Part shown: positions 27,566 to 36,670 of the stretch, piece after piece
How positions within the stretch are numbered: the first letter of the stretch is position 1
Layout: every line of letters begins with the position of its first letter
Virus record (IMG/VR): IMGVR_UViG_3300031626_000004
Location: 1-50,266 of that record
Strand: one strand, 5' to 3'
DNA length: 50,266 nucleotides
Source: a virus
Taxonomy: Duplodnaviria; Caudoviricetes
Program-made: the position numbers and the translations under genes
Notes under the pieces: generated by a model
Seen by the model: the letters and a program-made list of their open reading frames with translations, nothing else
Told to the model about the DNA's origin: nothing
Databases searched by the model: none

Positions 27566-28429
27566 TTACGAGATGGTTCCAGAATTGGTATTTACGTTGC
27601 CGAGAGCGGTTAAGTTGCCTGAACTGTCTACACGAAGAACATTTACGCCGTTATAGGCAAAAGTTAAATTTACTCCAGACGCCGTTACGGTCCAGCTTTG
27701 GGTGCCGCCTGTAACGGTTAGAGGCGAAACGAACGTAGGAGCAGTGCTAATATTGTCAATCTGAGTCTGGATGGCAGAGGTTACACCATCAACATAGTTT
27801 AGCTCCGCCGTGGTAGCCGTAACACCGTCAAGGATGTTTAGCTCCGCAGTGGTAGCCGTAACCCCATCAAGGATGTTTAATTCGGCTGTTGTAGCCGTAA
27901 CTCCATCAAGGATGTTAAGCTCTGCTGTCGTAGCCGTAACACCGTCTAGGATGTTTAGCTCTGCAGCGGTAGACGTGACTGTGGTGCCGCCGATAATCAG
28001 GGAACCTAAGTCCAAAGAACCCGTAACATCAGTGACCACTGCGCCAGAACCCGCACCATCGCAGAAGATTATCTTTGTTGTGCCCGTTACCACGCTGACA
28101 CTCGCGCCAGAACCCTGCGTAAAAGTAGCTGTCTGCCCACTACCGTTCTTAACAATGTAGATGTGTTGAGCATCGTTGGGGGAGATCGTTACCGTATTGG
28201 TTCCAGAAGGAGAGCCGCCAAGTACTAATACGTTGTAATGTCCGTCTGAGGCTGCGCCGTCAGTAGTAGTCAGCGTATGGGTTGTGCCAGATAAAGTAAT
28301 TGCACCAACGCCGTTGGTTAGACGATCAATTATCGTCATGTTGTCGTTTACGGTGTTGCCCCATGTAGCGGACTGTTCACCGTTAGCAGGTAGTTCTAGG
28401 CCCGCGTTTCCTGTATATGTACTAGGCAT
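27566..28429 (-). CDS. tail fibre-associated protein
   Basis: MPSTY...GEQSATWG N-terminus; TATTAELNILDGV repeats. Confidence 0.7.
   Translation of the reverse strand: MPSTYTGNAGLELPANGEQSATWGNTVNDNMTIIDRLTNGVGAITLSGTTHTLTTTDGAASDGHYNVLVLGGSPSGTNTVTISPNDAQHIYIVKNGSGQTATFTQGSGASVSVVTGTTKIIFCDGAGSGAVVTDVTGSLDLGSLIIGGTTVTSTAAELNILDGVTATTAELNILDGVTATTAELNILDGVTATTAELNILDGVTATTAELNYVDGVTSAIQTQIDNISTAPTFVSPLTVTGGTQSWTVTASGVNLTFAYNGVNVLRVDSSGNLTALGNVNTNSGTIS
27782..27972. repeat. 39-bp tandem repeat x~5 (T.TTAELN.LDGV)
   Basis: 13-aa unit repeated within the CDS with synonymous divergence. Confidence 0.9.
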
Positions 28430-28438
28430 AAATCACCC

Positions 28439-29071
28439 TCATGCTGCTATCGGCGTCCAAATGGTACCGGGGTTAGGAACGACAGGCCCCCATACAACCG
28501 GATTACCGACCTGACCTTGAGCCGCTACTCCAATAGGGATGACGATTGCCGACCCTGTAATTGATACGGAGTTTACCGCACCTGTACCAAAAACTCCAGT
28601 GGTAACTGCGCCAGCGCCAGCGTCTACGGTTACACCGTTAACAGAACCAGTGCCTGCTACGCCAGTAATAGAGAACGTAGCAGTGCCTACGACTGTAACG
28701 TCGTTAATTGCGCCTGTGGCTTGGACACCCGTTGGGCTAATAACCGAGGCGTTAATAACAGTCACACTACCAACAGAACCCGTAGCTGCGATACCTGTGA
28801 CTGCGGCCCCTGCGCCAGCTTGGGCTACAACGGTGCCAACCAAGCCGTTTAGCTGATCCATGGTAAATGTAGCTATAGCACCGCCGTCTACTGTAACGCC
28901 GTTGCTTGATGCAGTGCCTTCAACAGAGCCGAGGGTTAGGCCACTTTGATTGCCCGTAACCAGCACGGTGCCTATAGCGCCAGTGCCTACTGACCCCGTA
29001 GGGATGAGCAGCTGCGCTCCACTACCAAAGTCGGCTAACGCAGCGCCAGCATAAGGGGCAAAACCTAGCAT
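28439..29071 (-). CDS. G/T/V-rich tail-associated protein
   Basis: MLGFAPYA N-terminus; repeated TGVxATGxVGxVTV; GGAGG RBS. Confidence 0.7.
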   Translation of the reverse strand: MLGFAPYAGAALADFGSGAQLLIPTGSVGTGAIGTVLVTGNQSGLTLGSVEGTASSNGVTVDGGAIATFTMDQLNGLVGTVVAQAGAGAAVTGIAATGSVGSVTVINASVISPTGVQATGAINDVTVVGTATFSITGVAGTGSVNGVTVDAGAGAVTTGVFGTGAVNSVSITGSAIVIPIGVAAQGQVGNPVVWGPVVPNPGTIWTPIAA

Positions 29072-29111
29072 ATTATGTGGCCTCCTCCGGCTGTAGCGTT
29101 ATCCGTGTGGT

Positions 29112-29142
29112 GCCGCCTGCGCAGTTGAGTAGCGCAGGCGGC
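29112..29142. other. 11-bp GC-rich stem-loop
   Basis: GCCGCCTGCGC-9 nt-GCGCAGGCGGC just downstream of the stop at 29149. Confidence 0.75.
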
Positions 29143-29148
29143 GTGTTT

Positions 29149-30216
29149 TTAAGTCTCGTAGCGCACTAAAATTCTTGCGCCTCTTGCTGTAAAAATCGCT
29201 GCATTTGTGGTTGTGTTCTGGGCCGCATGGTATAAATTCGTGGAGGCAAACTTGGCGTCTGGAGCTGTCAAGAGAAAATCGCCAGCAGAGCCGGATACAC
29301 TCTGCCCAAAACCTCCCGGTGTACCCCCATTTGCAAAAATAAATCCGCCCGACCCATAAGTGCCAGAGTCTGCAGCGAAATTTTGATTAGTTACTTGCTT
29401 GTACGTCCAAGTAGAGCCAAGGTTTGTGCTAGAACCAACCCAACCACTTTGCCCAGCCTTGACCCATTTGCCGTTGCCATATGCTATTTGATACCAATTG
29501 GGGGTTCCGCCGGGTGCGTTCTTAGCCCCCAAGTCTGTCCATGTCGCACCGTTATCCGTACTCTTTATAATTCTATTAAGTGCCACTCCCAGCCAATTAT
29601 TTCCCCCGTCATTAGCGGCATCATCGAGAAGATAACCCGCTCCAGCGGGGTTTGTTGGCTGGGACCAAGAAACACCGTCATTAGTGCTTCTAAATATGTA
29701 TTGATCTCGATATCCACCTATAAAAACGCCATTGCCATAATTTATAGAACACCAATCACCGCCAGCTCCGCCAGCGCCACTATAGCTTGGGGCCACGCTT
29801 GCCCAACTTCCCCCCAGATTTGTGCTTCTGGCTATTTTACCGTTATTACATGCAGCGACAAAGGTTCCGTTACCACTGGCGGCAAGGCCGCCCCTAGCGT
29901 ATTGGATATCGGTATCATGAGCGTTTTCTACCCAAGATTTTCCTGTACCATCTGCTGATTTCCAACTAGCGCCTTGGCTAGTGCCCCAGTCCACGGTAAC
30001 AAATTTATCCTCGCTCGCATCGTATGCTATATGACCCGGGCTTTGACCAGCATCGGCATTCAATATATAGGGCACATAAGTAGACCCATACGCAATACCA
30101 CCACCGCCAACGCCGCCCGCATTAAGGGTCGCCACCGTAGTCGCATCAACAGACGCGATGTTGGTCAACTCTCGCGAGTTACCTATCACCTGTGTGCCGT
30201 TTACCTGTATAGCCAT
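29149..30216 (-). CDS. beta-propeller (BNR/Asp-box) receptor-binding or tail accessory protein
   Basis: STNLGGSW, STNDGVSW, STDNGATW, STNLGSTW repeats; YGNG repeats. Confidence 0.7.
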   Translation of the reverse strand: MAIQVNGTQVIGNSRELTNIASVDATTVATLNAGGVGGGGIAYGSTYVPYILNADAGQSPGHIAYDASEDKFVTVDWGTSQGASWKSADGTGKSWVENAHDTDIQYARGGLAASGNGTFVAACNNGKIARSTNLGGSWASVAPSYSGAGGAGGDWCSINYGNGVFIGGYRDQYIFRSTNDGVSWSQPTNPAGAGYLLDDAANDGGNNWLGVALNRIIKSTDNGATWTDLGAKNAPGGTPNWYQIAYGNGKWVKAGQSGWVGSSTNLGSTWTYKQVTNQNFAADSGTYGSGGFIFANGGTPGGFGQSVSGSAGDFLLTAPDAKFASTNLYHAAQNTTTNAAIFTARGARILVRYET

Positions 30217-30234
30217 CTTCGTATTCCTCTACTA

Positions 30235-32877
30235 TTAGCCGTTAAGTTTTGCCGTCAGCGCGTCGATCTGCGCCTGCTGCTCTTTGATTGCCTCTATCAA
30301 AAGGCCCACCATGTTGCCGTACTGCACGGTCAAGTGACCTTCGCCACCCTCCTGCACTAGCTCCGGCATAACCTTCTGCACCTCTTGGGCGATGACGCCA
30401 GAGGACTTCTGGTCGTTGTGCTTAAACGTAAACATATACCCGCCGAGTTGCTGCACCTTCTCAAGTGCGTTCTCGATTGGCTTGATGTCCTTCTTGGTAT
30501 TGCGGTCAGATGTGGTGTTGAATGTAGCAGCTTGCATCGTGCCGCCAGTTAGGATGCCCTTGTCAGAGTAGGAACGCACCCAAGAGGTGTCCTGCATAAA
30601 CCAGCCGCCACCGTAGGTCGCCCAGTAGATACCCGTAGCGCCATTAGCATAGAACCAGCCGTTTGCAGTGACGCGGGAAAACGTAGGGCTGTCGCCAGTG
30701 CTCAACGCTTGGTTTGCTGTGAAAGTAGTGTACCCAGCGCCGTTAGTCAGCTGGTTGGTGTTCGTTACATTGGTTGCACCATTAGCTACGTTTAGAAGTG
30801 TACGAGCCTTAGCGGCTGTGTAAGAACGCCCGTAGGTGTCACTACCATTAGTACCTGTAAACATACCCATCGCAGAGCTATCGCCGCTTGTTGCGAAAGT
30901 CCCGGTACCGTTGAAGTAGCTAGAAAAAATATAACCACCGCTATTACGTTGCACAACTGTGCTGGTACTTTCGCCTGCTGATACCGTGTAAGGGAAGCTG
31001 TAGTTGTTAGCTGAAGTGGCTATGGTATCTAGCTTCGATCCATCTACTGAAACATTTCGGCCATCGAACGTGGAGTTGGTGGTTATAGCGCCTGTCATGG
31101 CACCGCCGCCCAAAGGTAACTTAGTGCTGTCCGCAACGGTTATGTTAGCAGCGCCGTTAAACGATACCCCGTTAATAGTACGGGCTGTAGCCAGCGTAGT
31201 AGCCGTTGAGGCGTTCCCCGATAGAGCCGCTGTGACTGTGCCTGCGGAGAAGTTACCCGAACCGTCTCGGGCTACAACCTTTGAGGCTGTGTTGGCGTTT
31301 GTGGCGTCTACACCAAGAGTGAGAGCAGTGCCCTCAGAAGCCGAGCCGCCACCTGTCAGGTATGAACCGTTAGCAACAGACTGGACGTAGTTTCCGGTCG
31401 TGTCGGTCCCTAGAGCAACAGAGTTCGCTTGGATCGTAGCAGTGCCAGTGACGTTGCCAGACCCGTCAAACGAGGCTGAAGTCCAAACCACATCGCCTGT
31501 CATTCCGATTGTTCGGCCAGTAGCTAACGCGGTGGCTGTCGAAGCATTACCGCTCAAGGCACCTGTAACCGTACCCGCGCTAAAGTTACCTGATCCGTCC
31601 CGGGCAACAATAGTCGAAGCAGTGTTGGCGTTCGTCGCATTGGACGTAACTGTAAAAGTCCCGCCTTCGCTGGACACCGAGCCAGAGATACCCGTGCCTG
31701 AAGTAGCGCCCGCAGTAACATAGTTACCTGTAGTATCTGTGCCCAGTGCAACAGAGTTCGGCTGAATCGCAGCGGTCCCCGTAACATTACCTGTGCCGTC
31801 AAACGAAGCTGAAGTCCAAACTACGTCGCCTGTCATGCCGATGGTGCGGCCTGTAGCTAACGCAGTGGCCGAAGAAACCGGAGTGACTAAGGAGAACTCA
31901 GTGCCCGATATCGAAAGGCCTGTACCAGCAGTGTATATTGGGGCGTCAGAGACTAGCGCAAAAACAATGTTTGTTGTACCAAAAGTAATAACACCTGTTG
32001 TGGTCATCACGTCAAGCTCACCACCGTGAGCCGTACCCTCAGTAATGAAGAACGCATCGCCTTCACCCAAGGTATCTGGATCACTTGGGGCGTAGGAATC
32101 AGCGTCTGTAGCTCGGGTAAGAACCCAGTTTGTACTAGCAGAACCTACTGTAGTGACGGTATAGACCCCGTTGTGCGCTTGGTTTGTTTGAAGCTGAACC
32201 ATGACGCGGTTGGTTGCGCTAAGAGTAACGCCGTCAACAACTATAGCCGCTTGGGTACCTGCGTTAGTCAGTGTTGCACCAACTCCGCTCGAACCGTTGC
32301 TATAGGTAGCATTGAGGTTTGCAGTTGTTTCAGCCCGGCAAGGCTGGTGGTAGTGGATACCTGCCGCAGCAATCGTGTCAACATATTGTTTAGTTGCGGA
32401 CTGCAGTGCGATAGTCGGATCAGCGTTGAGGATTAAATTCCCCGACATTGTTCCGCCAGCTTTAGGCAGGGCGGCGTCAGCCGTAACACCATCTGCGGCT
32501 ACATCCCGTCCGTCTACAGTCCCACCGACAACTAGGTTGTTACCGATAGTTACGTTGTTGCTGACATCCTCGACAACCGCTTTTTCAGCGGGGTAGGTCA
32601 GGAAAATATCCTTAGTACCAATACCCCAGTTTACCGCACTGTTTGAGTTAGACGACGACAGGATCGTAGTCCGAGTAATAGAGTTGCCGGAGGTAGCGTA
32701 AGTACCAACCCCGACCTCAAAGTCTACATTGTCAGATATTGCGTAGTACACAGTATCCGTGTTGGACGTGACCGCAGAGAACGCTTGGAAACCAGCGGCA
32801 GCGCCGCCAAGGGCATACGCACCCGTTCCCGTAGAGTTCGTGGTCTCTTTTACGCGGTCAGCTACGATAAACGCCAT
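30235..32877 (-). CDS. tail fibre with C-terminal intramolecular chaperone (peptidase S74)
   Basis: DRVKET N-terminus; LPKAGGTMSG; SDRNTKKDI...GVIAQEV...YGNMVGLLIEAIKE. Confidence 0.9.
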   Translation of the reverse strand: MAFIVADRVKETTNSTGTGAYALGGAAAGFQAFSAVTSNTDTVYYAISDNVDFEVGVGTYATSGNSITRTTILSSSNSNSAVNWGIGTKDIFLTYPAEKAVVEDVSNNVTIGNNLVVGGTVDGRDVAADGVTADAALPKAGGTMSGNLILNADPTIALQSATKQYVDTIAAAGIHYHQPCRAETTANLNATYSNGSSGVGATLTNAGTQAAIVVDGVTLSATNRVMVQLQTNQAHNGVYTVTTVGSASTNWVLTRATDADSYAPSDPDTLGEGDAFFITEGTAHGGELDVMTTTGVITFGTTNIVFALVSDAPIYTAGTGLSISGTEFSLVTPVSSATALATGRTIGMTGDVVWTSASFDGTGNVTGTAAIQPNSVALGTDTTGNYVTAGATSGTGISGSVSSEGGTFTVTSNATNANTASTIVARDGSGNFSAGTVTGALSGNASTATALATGRTIGMTGDVVWTSASFDGSGNVTGTATIQANSVALGTDTTGNYVQSVANGSYLTGGGSASEGTALTLGVDATNANTASKVVARDGSGNFSAGTVTAALSGNASTATTLATARTINGVSFNGAANITVADSTKLPLGGGAMTGAITTNSTFDGRNVSVDGSKLDTIATSANNYSFPYTVSAGESTSTVVQRNSGGYIFSSYFNGTGTFATSGDSSAMGMFTGTNGSDTYGRSYTAAKARTLLNVANGATNVTNTNQLTNGAGYTTFTANQALSTGDSPTFSRVTANGWFYANGATGIYWATYGGGWFMQDTSWVRSYSDKGILTGGTMQAATFNTTSDRNTKKDIKPIENALEKVQQLGGYMFTFKHNDQKSSGVIAQEVQKVMPELVQEGGEGHLTVQYGNMVGLLIEAIKEQQAQIDALTAKLNG
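31180..31870. repeat. internal duplication of ~111 aa (333 bp) in the tail fibre
   Basis: ATALATGRTIGMTGDVVWTSASFDG...VARDGSGNFSAGTVT..LSGNAST occurs twice. Confidence 0.9.
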
Positions 32878-32900
32878 GGCTCAGACTCCTCTAAGTAAGT

Positions 32901-33341
32901 TTAAGCGATGCGTACGATAGCGTTTGTGGCATCCGGTGTTGGGAACTGAATAGTGAAAGTACCCGTTGTAGAGGTTTTATCAGAGCCAAAGTCCAACACT
33001 GCAACAGTTGGGTTGCCTGCTGCGCTACTGTTGTAGATCAACGCGCCTCGGGCAGTGATTGTTGCGTTTGTAAACTCAAGGTCCGGGGTGAAGTCCAAGA
33101 AGGCTGTCGTACCTGTAGAAGTTGGGGTCACATTCGTAAGTGTGCCGCCACCCGCTGAGTAAGACCCAGAGTTAGCCACTTCGTTTGCAGTGGTGTACGC
33201 AGTAGTAGCTGCCGTAAACGATGCGCTGTTAGTGTATAAGGCCAACTTAAACGTGTTACCCGATGAAGCAGTGAAGTTGTGAACGCCCTTTAAGATTTCC
33301 ACCTTAAAAGAAGTGCACATAAAGTTACCCGTAAAGGCCAT
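32901..33341 (-). CDS. virion structural protein
   Basis: MCTSFK.E.L...FKLALYT...TARGALIYN...LDFG.DKT; GAGGAG RBS. Confidence 0.7.
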   Translation of the reverse strand: MAFTGNFMCTSFKVEILKGVHNFTASSGNTFKLALYTNSASFTAATTAYTTANEVANSGSYSAGGGTLTNVTPTSTGTTAFLDFTPDLEFTNATITARGALIYNSSAAGNPTVAVLDFGSDKTSTTGTFTIQFPTPDATNAIVRIA

Positions 33342-33367
33342 GTTAAAGTCTCCTCATTTTGTCAGCA

Positions 33368-33396
33368 CAAATACCATTATACGCCGAATCTTGCAA
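33368..33396 (-). promoter_or_regulatory. possible internal late promoter
   Basis: TTGCAA-17-TATTTG on the minus strand; a TATAAT also lies in the spacer. Confidence 0.4.
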
Positions 33397-33399
33397 CAT

Positions 33400-34047
33400 T
33401 TATTGCTTGGGTCGAATAACTCTACCAACTCGATACTCTTGAGTGGTCTCTTTAGCCTCACCAAGCATTTTCAAACCTGTCATAGCTTCTGCAAACTTAG
33501 AGTTATACATAGCCATTACATCTTGCTCGCCTTTCATAAATATGTAGGCCTCAACAAGGCTTCCATACAACAACGCCAGTTCAGCGTTTTCACTTAGCCA
33601 GGTTGTTCCTGACCCTGCGCCCGCAGTAAGACTGGCAGGTCGATATAGGTAATGCAGTTCACAAACATAGTTCTGATCAGGCGTAGGGGCCAAGATCATA
33701 TTAGAAACATCGAACTGGGCATAGTATTGGGGAGTACCCTGTGTGCTAGGGTCTGGGGTATAGGTCTGGCAGAAAGATACGTCCTTGAACTCAACGAACG
33801 TTTTCGCCCCATTTGAGGTAAAGCTCAAAGAAAACGGAGCCAAAAAGTCTGAAGGAGAGGACAAGTACTCGTTACCTTGAGTCATCGTCGCGCTTGCATT
33901 CCGGCGGAACAAATCTAGCTGAACGTTCTTTAAAATGCGCTCTTCCGCAATTCTTATGAACAACGGTATATTGGTTACGAAAGTACTTTCCGTATTGTCC
34001 GTGTAATCTTGGACTGCAGTTTTTAACTCGTCGTATGTAAAACTCAT
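33400..34047 (-). CDS. head-tail adaptor / tail tubular protein A-like
   Basis: TYDELKTAVQDY...AEERI...APTPD...WLSENA..ALLYGSLVEA. Confidence 0.7.
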   Translation of the reverse strand: MSFTYDELKTAVQDYTDNTESTFVTNIPLFIRIAEERILKNVQLDLFRRNASATMTQGNEYLSSPSDFLAPFSLSFTSNGAKTFVEFKDVSFCQTYTPDPSTQGTPQYYAQFDVSNMILAPTPDQNYVCELHYLYRPASLTAGAGSGTTWLSENAELALLYGSLVEAYIFMKGEQDVMAMYNSKFAEAMTGLKMLGEAKETTQEYRVGRVIRPKQ

Positions 34048-34370
34048 GTTATAACCACCGTTACTACGCCGACAGAAGCCACAGGCGCTAAGTTATCTGG
34101 AGGGGAAAGCCCAGGAAGATAATTGTAACCGACCGGACTCCAACCCCATTGGGTAGCCCGCTGCTGTACAAGGTCTGATTCAGGGCGAGGATTTCTCAAC
34201 GCCTGCGGATCGGGCCCAACGTTAGGCGGGTAAAGCTGCGGCTGCTTGGGATCATACTCATCAGGGCCCACTTTGGCACCCGTCCACTCCACCTTCATCT
34301 CACGAAGACGGTAACGGCGACCAGACCGATCAGATATTCCCCAAGCGTGTTTTCCGCTAGCGTATGACAT
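34044..34370 (-). CDS. conserved hypothetical protein
   Basis: GISDRSG...EWTG..V...EYDPKQPQ...DPQALRNPRP; coupled on both sides. Confidence 0.7.
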   Translation of the reverse strand: MSYASGKHAWGISDRSGRRYRLREMKVEWTGAKVGPDEYDPKQPQLYPPNVGPDPQALRNPRPESDLVQQRATQWGWSPVGYNYLPGLSPPDNLAPVASVGVVTVVIT

Positions 34371-35035
34371 TAAACCCTCAAATAACGAATACTAGGCTGC
34401 AGTTTCAACGGAGTACGACCTTCGTCCTCATCCGCGGCACGTTGGAACTCTTCCTCGTAAATAGATTTTAAAATCTGAATACGCTCGGGAGCCCGCTTGA
34501 CCGCAATGTAGTACGCCAAGCCTGCGGCCATACAAGGGAAAAATCTAAAGGGAAGATCCGTTGTGTTCACCAAAGAGTCAGCGTCTTCAATCCTGCGGAC
34601 GTAGTAGTAGACCAACTGATCCGTTGAGTTCTCAGGCACCGCCCAAAGGTTAATGACAGGCAAGATCTGCCTGTTCAACCAGTACTGGCTTGTTCGCCCC
34701 TGAGTTGTTTTATTCGGCAGTGTAGCGTAATCGCCACGGCTAATGCGCTCAACCTCGTAGTCAGTGTTGTTGCGACGAAGAACTACGTCCAACAAATCAA
34801 CTACATCGTCGAGCAAAGTCTCTTGACCCTGACCCTGCGTTAAGGTGATCGTCGCTTGCTTCACAGTCCACAAGTTCAAACCACGGTTGGCCCAGTCAGC
34901 AAACATCAGGTTCAGAGACCGACGTGCTGTCTTAGCATCGTAGCCCGTGCGGACTTCTAGCCCGCACCGCTCATACGCTTCCTCGATGATCTCACCGACG
35001 TCGAGGTTAAAGTCTCTTGATCCTGATGTTGTCAT
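34370..35035 (-). CDS. head-tail connector protein
   Basis: IIEEAYERCG...ARRSLN...WANRGLNLW...GLAYY. Confidence 0.7.
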   Translation of the reverse strand: MTTSGSRDFNLDVGEIIEEAYERCGLEVRTGYDAKTARRSLNLMFADWANRGLNLWTVKQATITLTQGQGQETLLDDVVDLLDVVLRRNNTDYEVERISRGDYATLPNKTTQGRTSQYWLNRQILPVINLWAVPENSTDQLVYYYVRRIEDADSLVNTTDLPFRFFPCMAAGLAYYIAVKRAPERIQILKSIYEEEFQRAADEDEGRTPLKLQPSIRYLRV

Positions 35036-35039
35036 GTTA

Positions 35040-35315
35040 TCAACTCATGTTCGTTTTGCGGACACCACGGCCTGCCATTACGCAACCGCCGTCCATGTAA
35101 CGCACCATACCACCATTCTTCTTGCCTTGCGAATCCTTTATCGCTTTAGCAGTGGGGGCACCTTTATCTCCAGGGCTGCGCATGCGTTCTCCGCTGCCGC
35201 CCTCAATGCGTTTTCTTTTGTTTTCGATGTTTTCCCAAAGGCCTGGTTTGCTCATACTATCTCCCCCTGAAGGCGTGGATATTTGGGTTGCCATCTGACT
35301 TCGACCCATTGCCAT
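35040..35315 (-). CDS. small basic late protein (alternative start 35255)
   Basis: GLWENI..KRKRI...MR.PG.KGAPT; two GGxV motifs. Confidence 0.65.
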   Translation of the reverse strand: MAMGRSQMATQISTPSGGDSMSKPGLWENIENKRKRIEGGSGERMRSPGDKGAPTAKAIKDSQGKKNGGMVRYMDGGCVMAGRGVRKTNMS

Positions 35316-35490
35316 TTGCAGACTCCCTTACTAAAAAATCTTGCCACATTGGCTTGATCATGTTGTAATTTTCGTCAACCTTGTACGACACAAGCGTCAC
35401 GGCAGCGTTCATTTGATAAACCTGCAACGAAGCCCAACCTAACATGCCAAAAGCTAGCACAGAAATAACTTGTTGCAGATCAACCTTCAT
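35257..35490 (-). CDS. small membrane protein
   Basis: N-terminal hydrophobic helix. Confidence 0.55.
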   Translation of the reverse strand: MKVDLQQVISVLAFGMLGWASLQVYQMNAAVTLVSYKVDENYNMIKPMWQDFLVRESANGNGSKSDGNPNIHAFRGR

Positions 35491-35494
35491 ATCG

Positions 35495-35740
35495 TCACCA
35501 CGCCTTACATGACCAGTATTTGGCCTTTAGTTTGTCTAACGTACCTTCGTCACAACCATGACGAGCCCTAAACGACTTGCGCCGTTTAGGGTTGTCTTTT
35601 TTGATCGTCATGTTGGCATCACCAAAACGAACAATCTTTTCTTTGCCTTTATCGCAAGCCTTTACAACAGACTTCTTTCCGCCAGATATCTGGCGTTTCG
35701 GAGTGTTGCACTTCATCTTTGACTTGTCGATCTTAGCCAT
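35495..35740 (-). CDS. small basic conserved phage protein
   Basis: VRFGD...RRKSFRARHGCD...YWSCKAW. Confidence 0.75.
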   Translation of the reverse strand: MAKIDKSKMKCNTPKRQISGGKKSVVKACDKGKEKIVRFGDANMTIKKDNPKRRKSFRARHGCDEGTLDKLKAKYWSCKAW

Positions 35741-35749
35741 GCGTTTTCC

Positions 35750-36031
35750 CTACGCTAGGAGAAACGTAAGTTCGGTCCCTGCGCCCGTAAGCGCAGAAAT
35801 GTAGACCCCCGAAGTGAACAACATTCCATTTTCAGGAATGTAGATCTCGTTCATACCCACGGGAAACTTCTGCGTTAACAGCGTTGCTCCCCCGTTACCG
35901 TTGGTAAGAGTAAACGAGCCAGCCGTAGTTGCGTATATGTTTACGGCCTGAAGTCGCGATCTGGATGGCCCTATAAGAGCCGCCGTCGCACCTTGCGCAT
36001 GAGAATATGCATTTATGTCTGATCCAGCCAT
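35750..36031 (-). CDS. small virion protein
   Basis: AGGAG RBS; IYIPENGMLF; downstream of the capsid genes. Confidence 0.7.
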   Translation of the reverse strand: MAGSDINAYSHAQGATAALIGPSRSRLQAVNIYATTAGSFTLTNGNGGATLLTQKFPVGMNEIYIPENGMLFTSGVYISALTGAGTELTFLLA

Positions 36032-36050
36032 ATTAATCTCCTATAAAAGG

Positions 36051-36536
36051 TTACGGACGGATTACGGTGTTCAGTGCTTGAGCGTACAGAACGGTCACTC
36101 GGATTTCTCCAGCCGAAGTTGCGCCAGTAGTAGTCCAAGTCAGCCGCTCATCCGCAGTTCCTGTGTCCGCCCAAGACAACGCACCGCCTGCTTCAGTGGT
36201 TGGGTACTTGCGGCCCACACCTGAAGCGATTGTAATTGAGAAGGCGTTGACGTAGGTAGCGTTTCCGCCAACAGTATCACCAATACTAAATACCGCAGTT
36301 GCGCCAGCCATTACAGTCGGGCAGTCAATCACGCAATCGATGATCTGCGAATTAGCGGGAATCACAACGTCCGTTACGTTTGCCGCGGATGCGCCGCCAG
36401 CAAGGGCTGTACCTGTCGTGAATGTCTGGGACATAACCACATAGCCGACGTTAGCAACGTCCGTGCCTACAGTTGTGCCAGTTGTGTTCTTGATGTTACC
36501 TGCCCGAATCGGGCCTGAGAAAGTTGTGTTAGCCAT
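36051..36536 (-). CDS. capsid decoration / minor virion protein
   Basis: MANTTFSGPIR start with CAGGAG RBS; beta-rich. Confidence 0.65.
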   Translation of the reverse strand: MANTTFSGPIRAGNIKNTTGTTVGTDVANVGYVVMSQTFTTGTALAGGASAANVTDVVIPANSQIIDCVIDCPTVMAGATAVFSIGDTVGGNATYVNAFSITIASGVGRKYPTTEAGGALSWADTGTADERLTWTTTGATSAGEIRVTVLYAQALNTVIRP

Positions 36537-36542
36537 GTGAGT

Positions 36543-36586
36543 CTCCTGTCGTGGCAAATGTCAGCCGCATCAGGCGACTGTCAGGG
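36543..36586 (-). promoter_or_regulatory. structured 5' leader
   Basis: CAGTCGC/GCGGCTG hairpin enclosed by a CCTG/CAGG pairing that overlaps the RBS. Confidence 0.35.
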
Positions 36587-36616
36587 AATAACTCTATTGT
36601 TACACGAGGTCTAAAC

Positions 36617-36648
36617 AAAAAGAAAGAGGCGATCCGAAGACCGCCCCT
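36617..36648 (-). terminator. intrinsic terminator after the major capsid gene
   Basis: AGGGGCGGTC-TTCG-GATCGCCTCT followed by TTCTTTTT. Confidence 0.9.
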
Positions 36649-36670
36649 GACTTTAGTACTGGTTCGAGAC

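Noticed and set aside
29072-32877. Diversity-generating retroelement or invertible tail cassette
   Set aside because: No reverse transcriptase or invertase; the duplicated module differs at synonymous sites, not specifically at adenines
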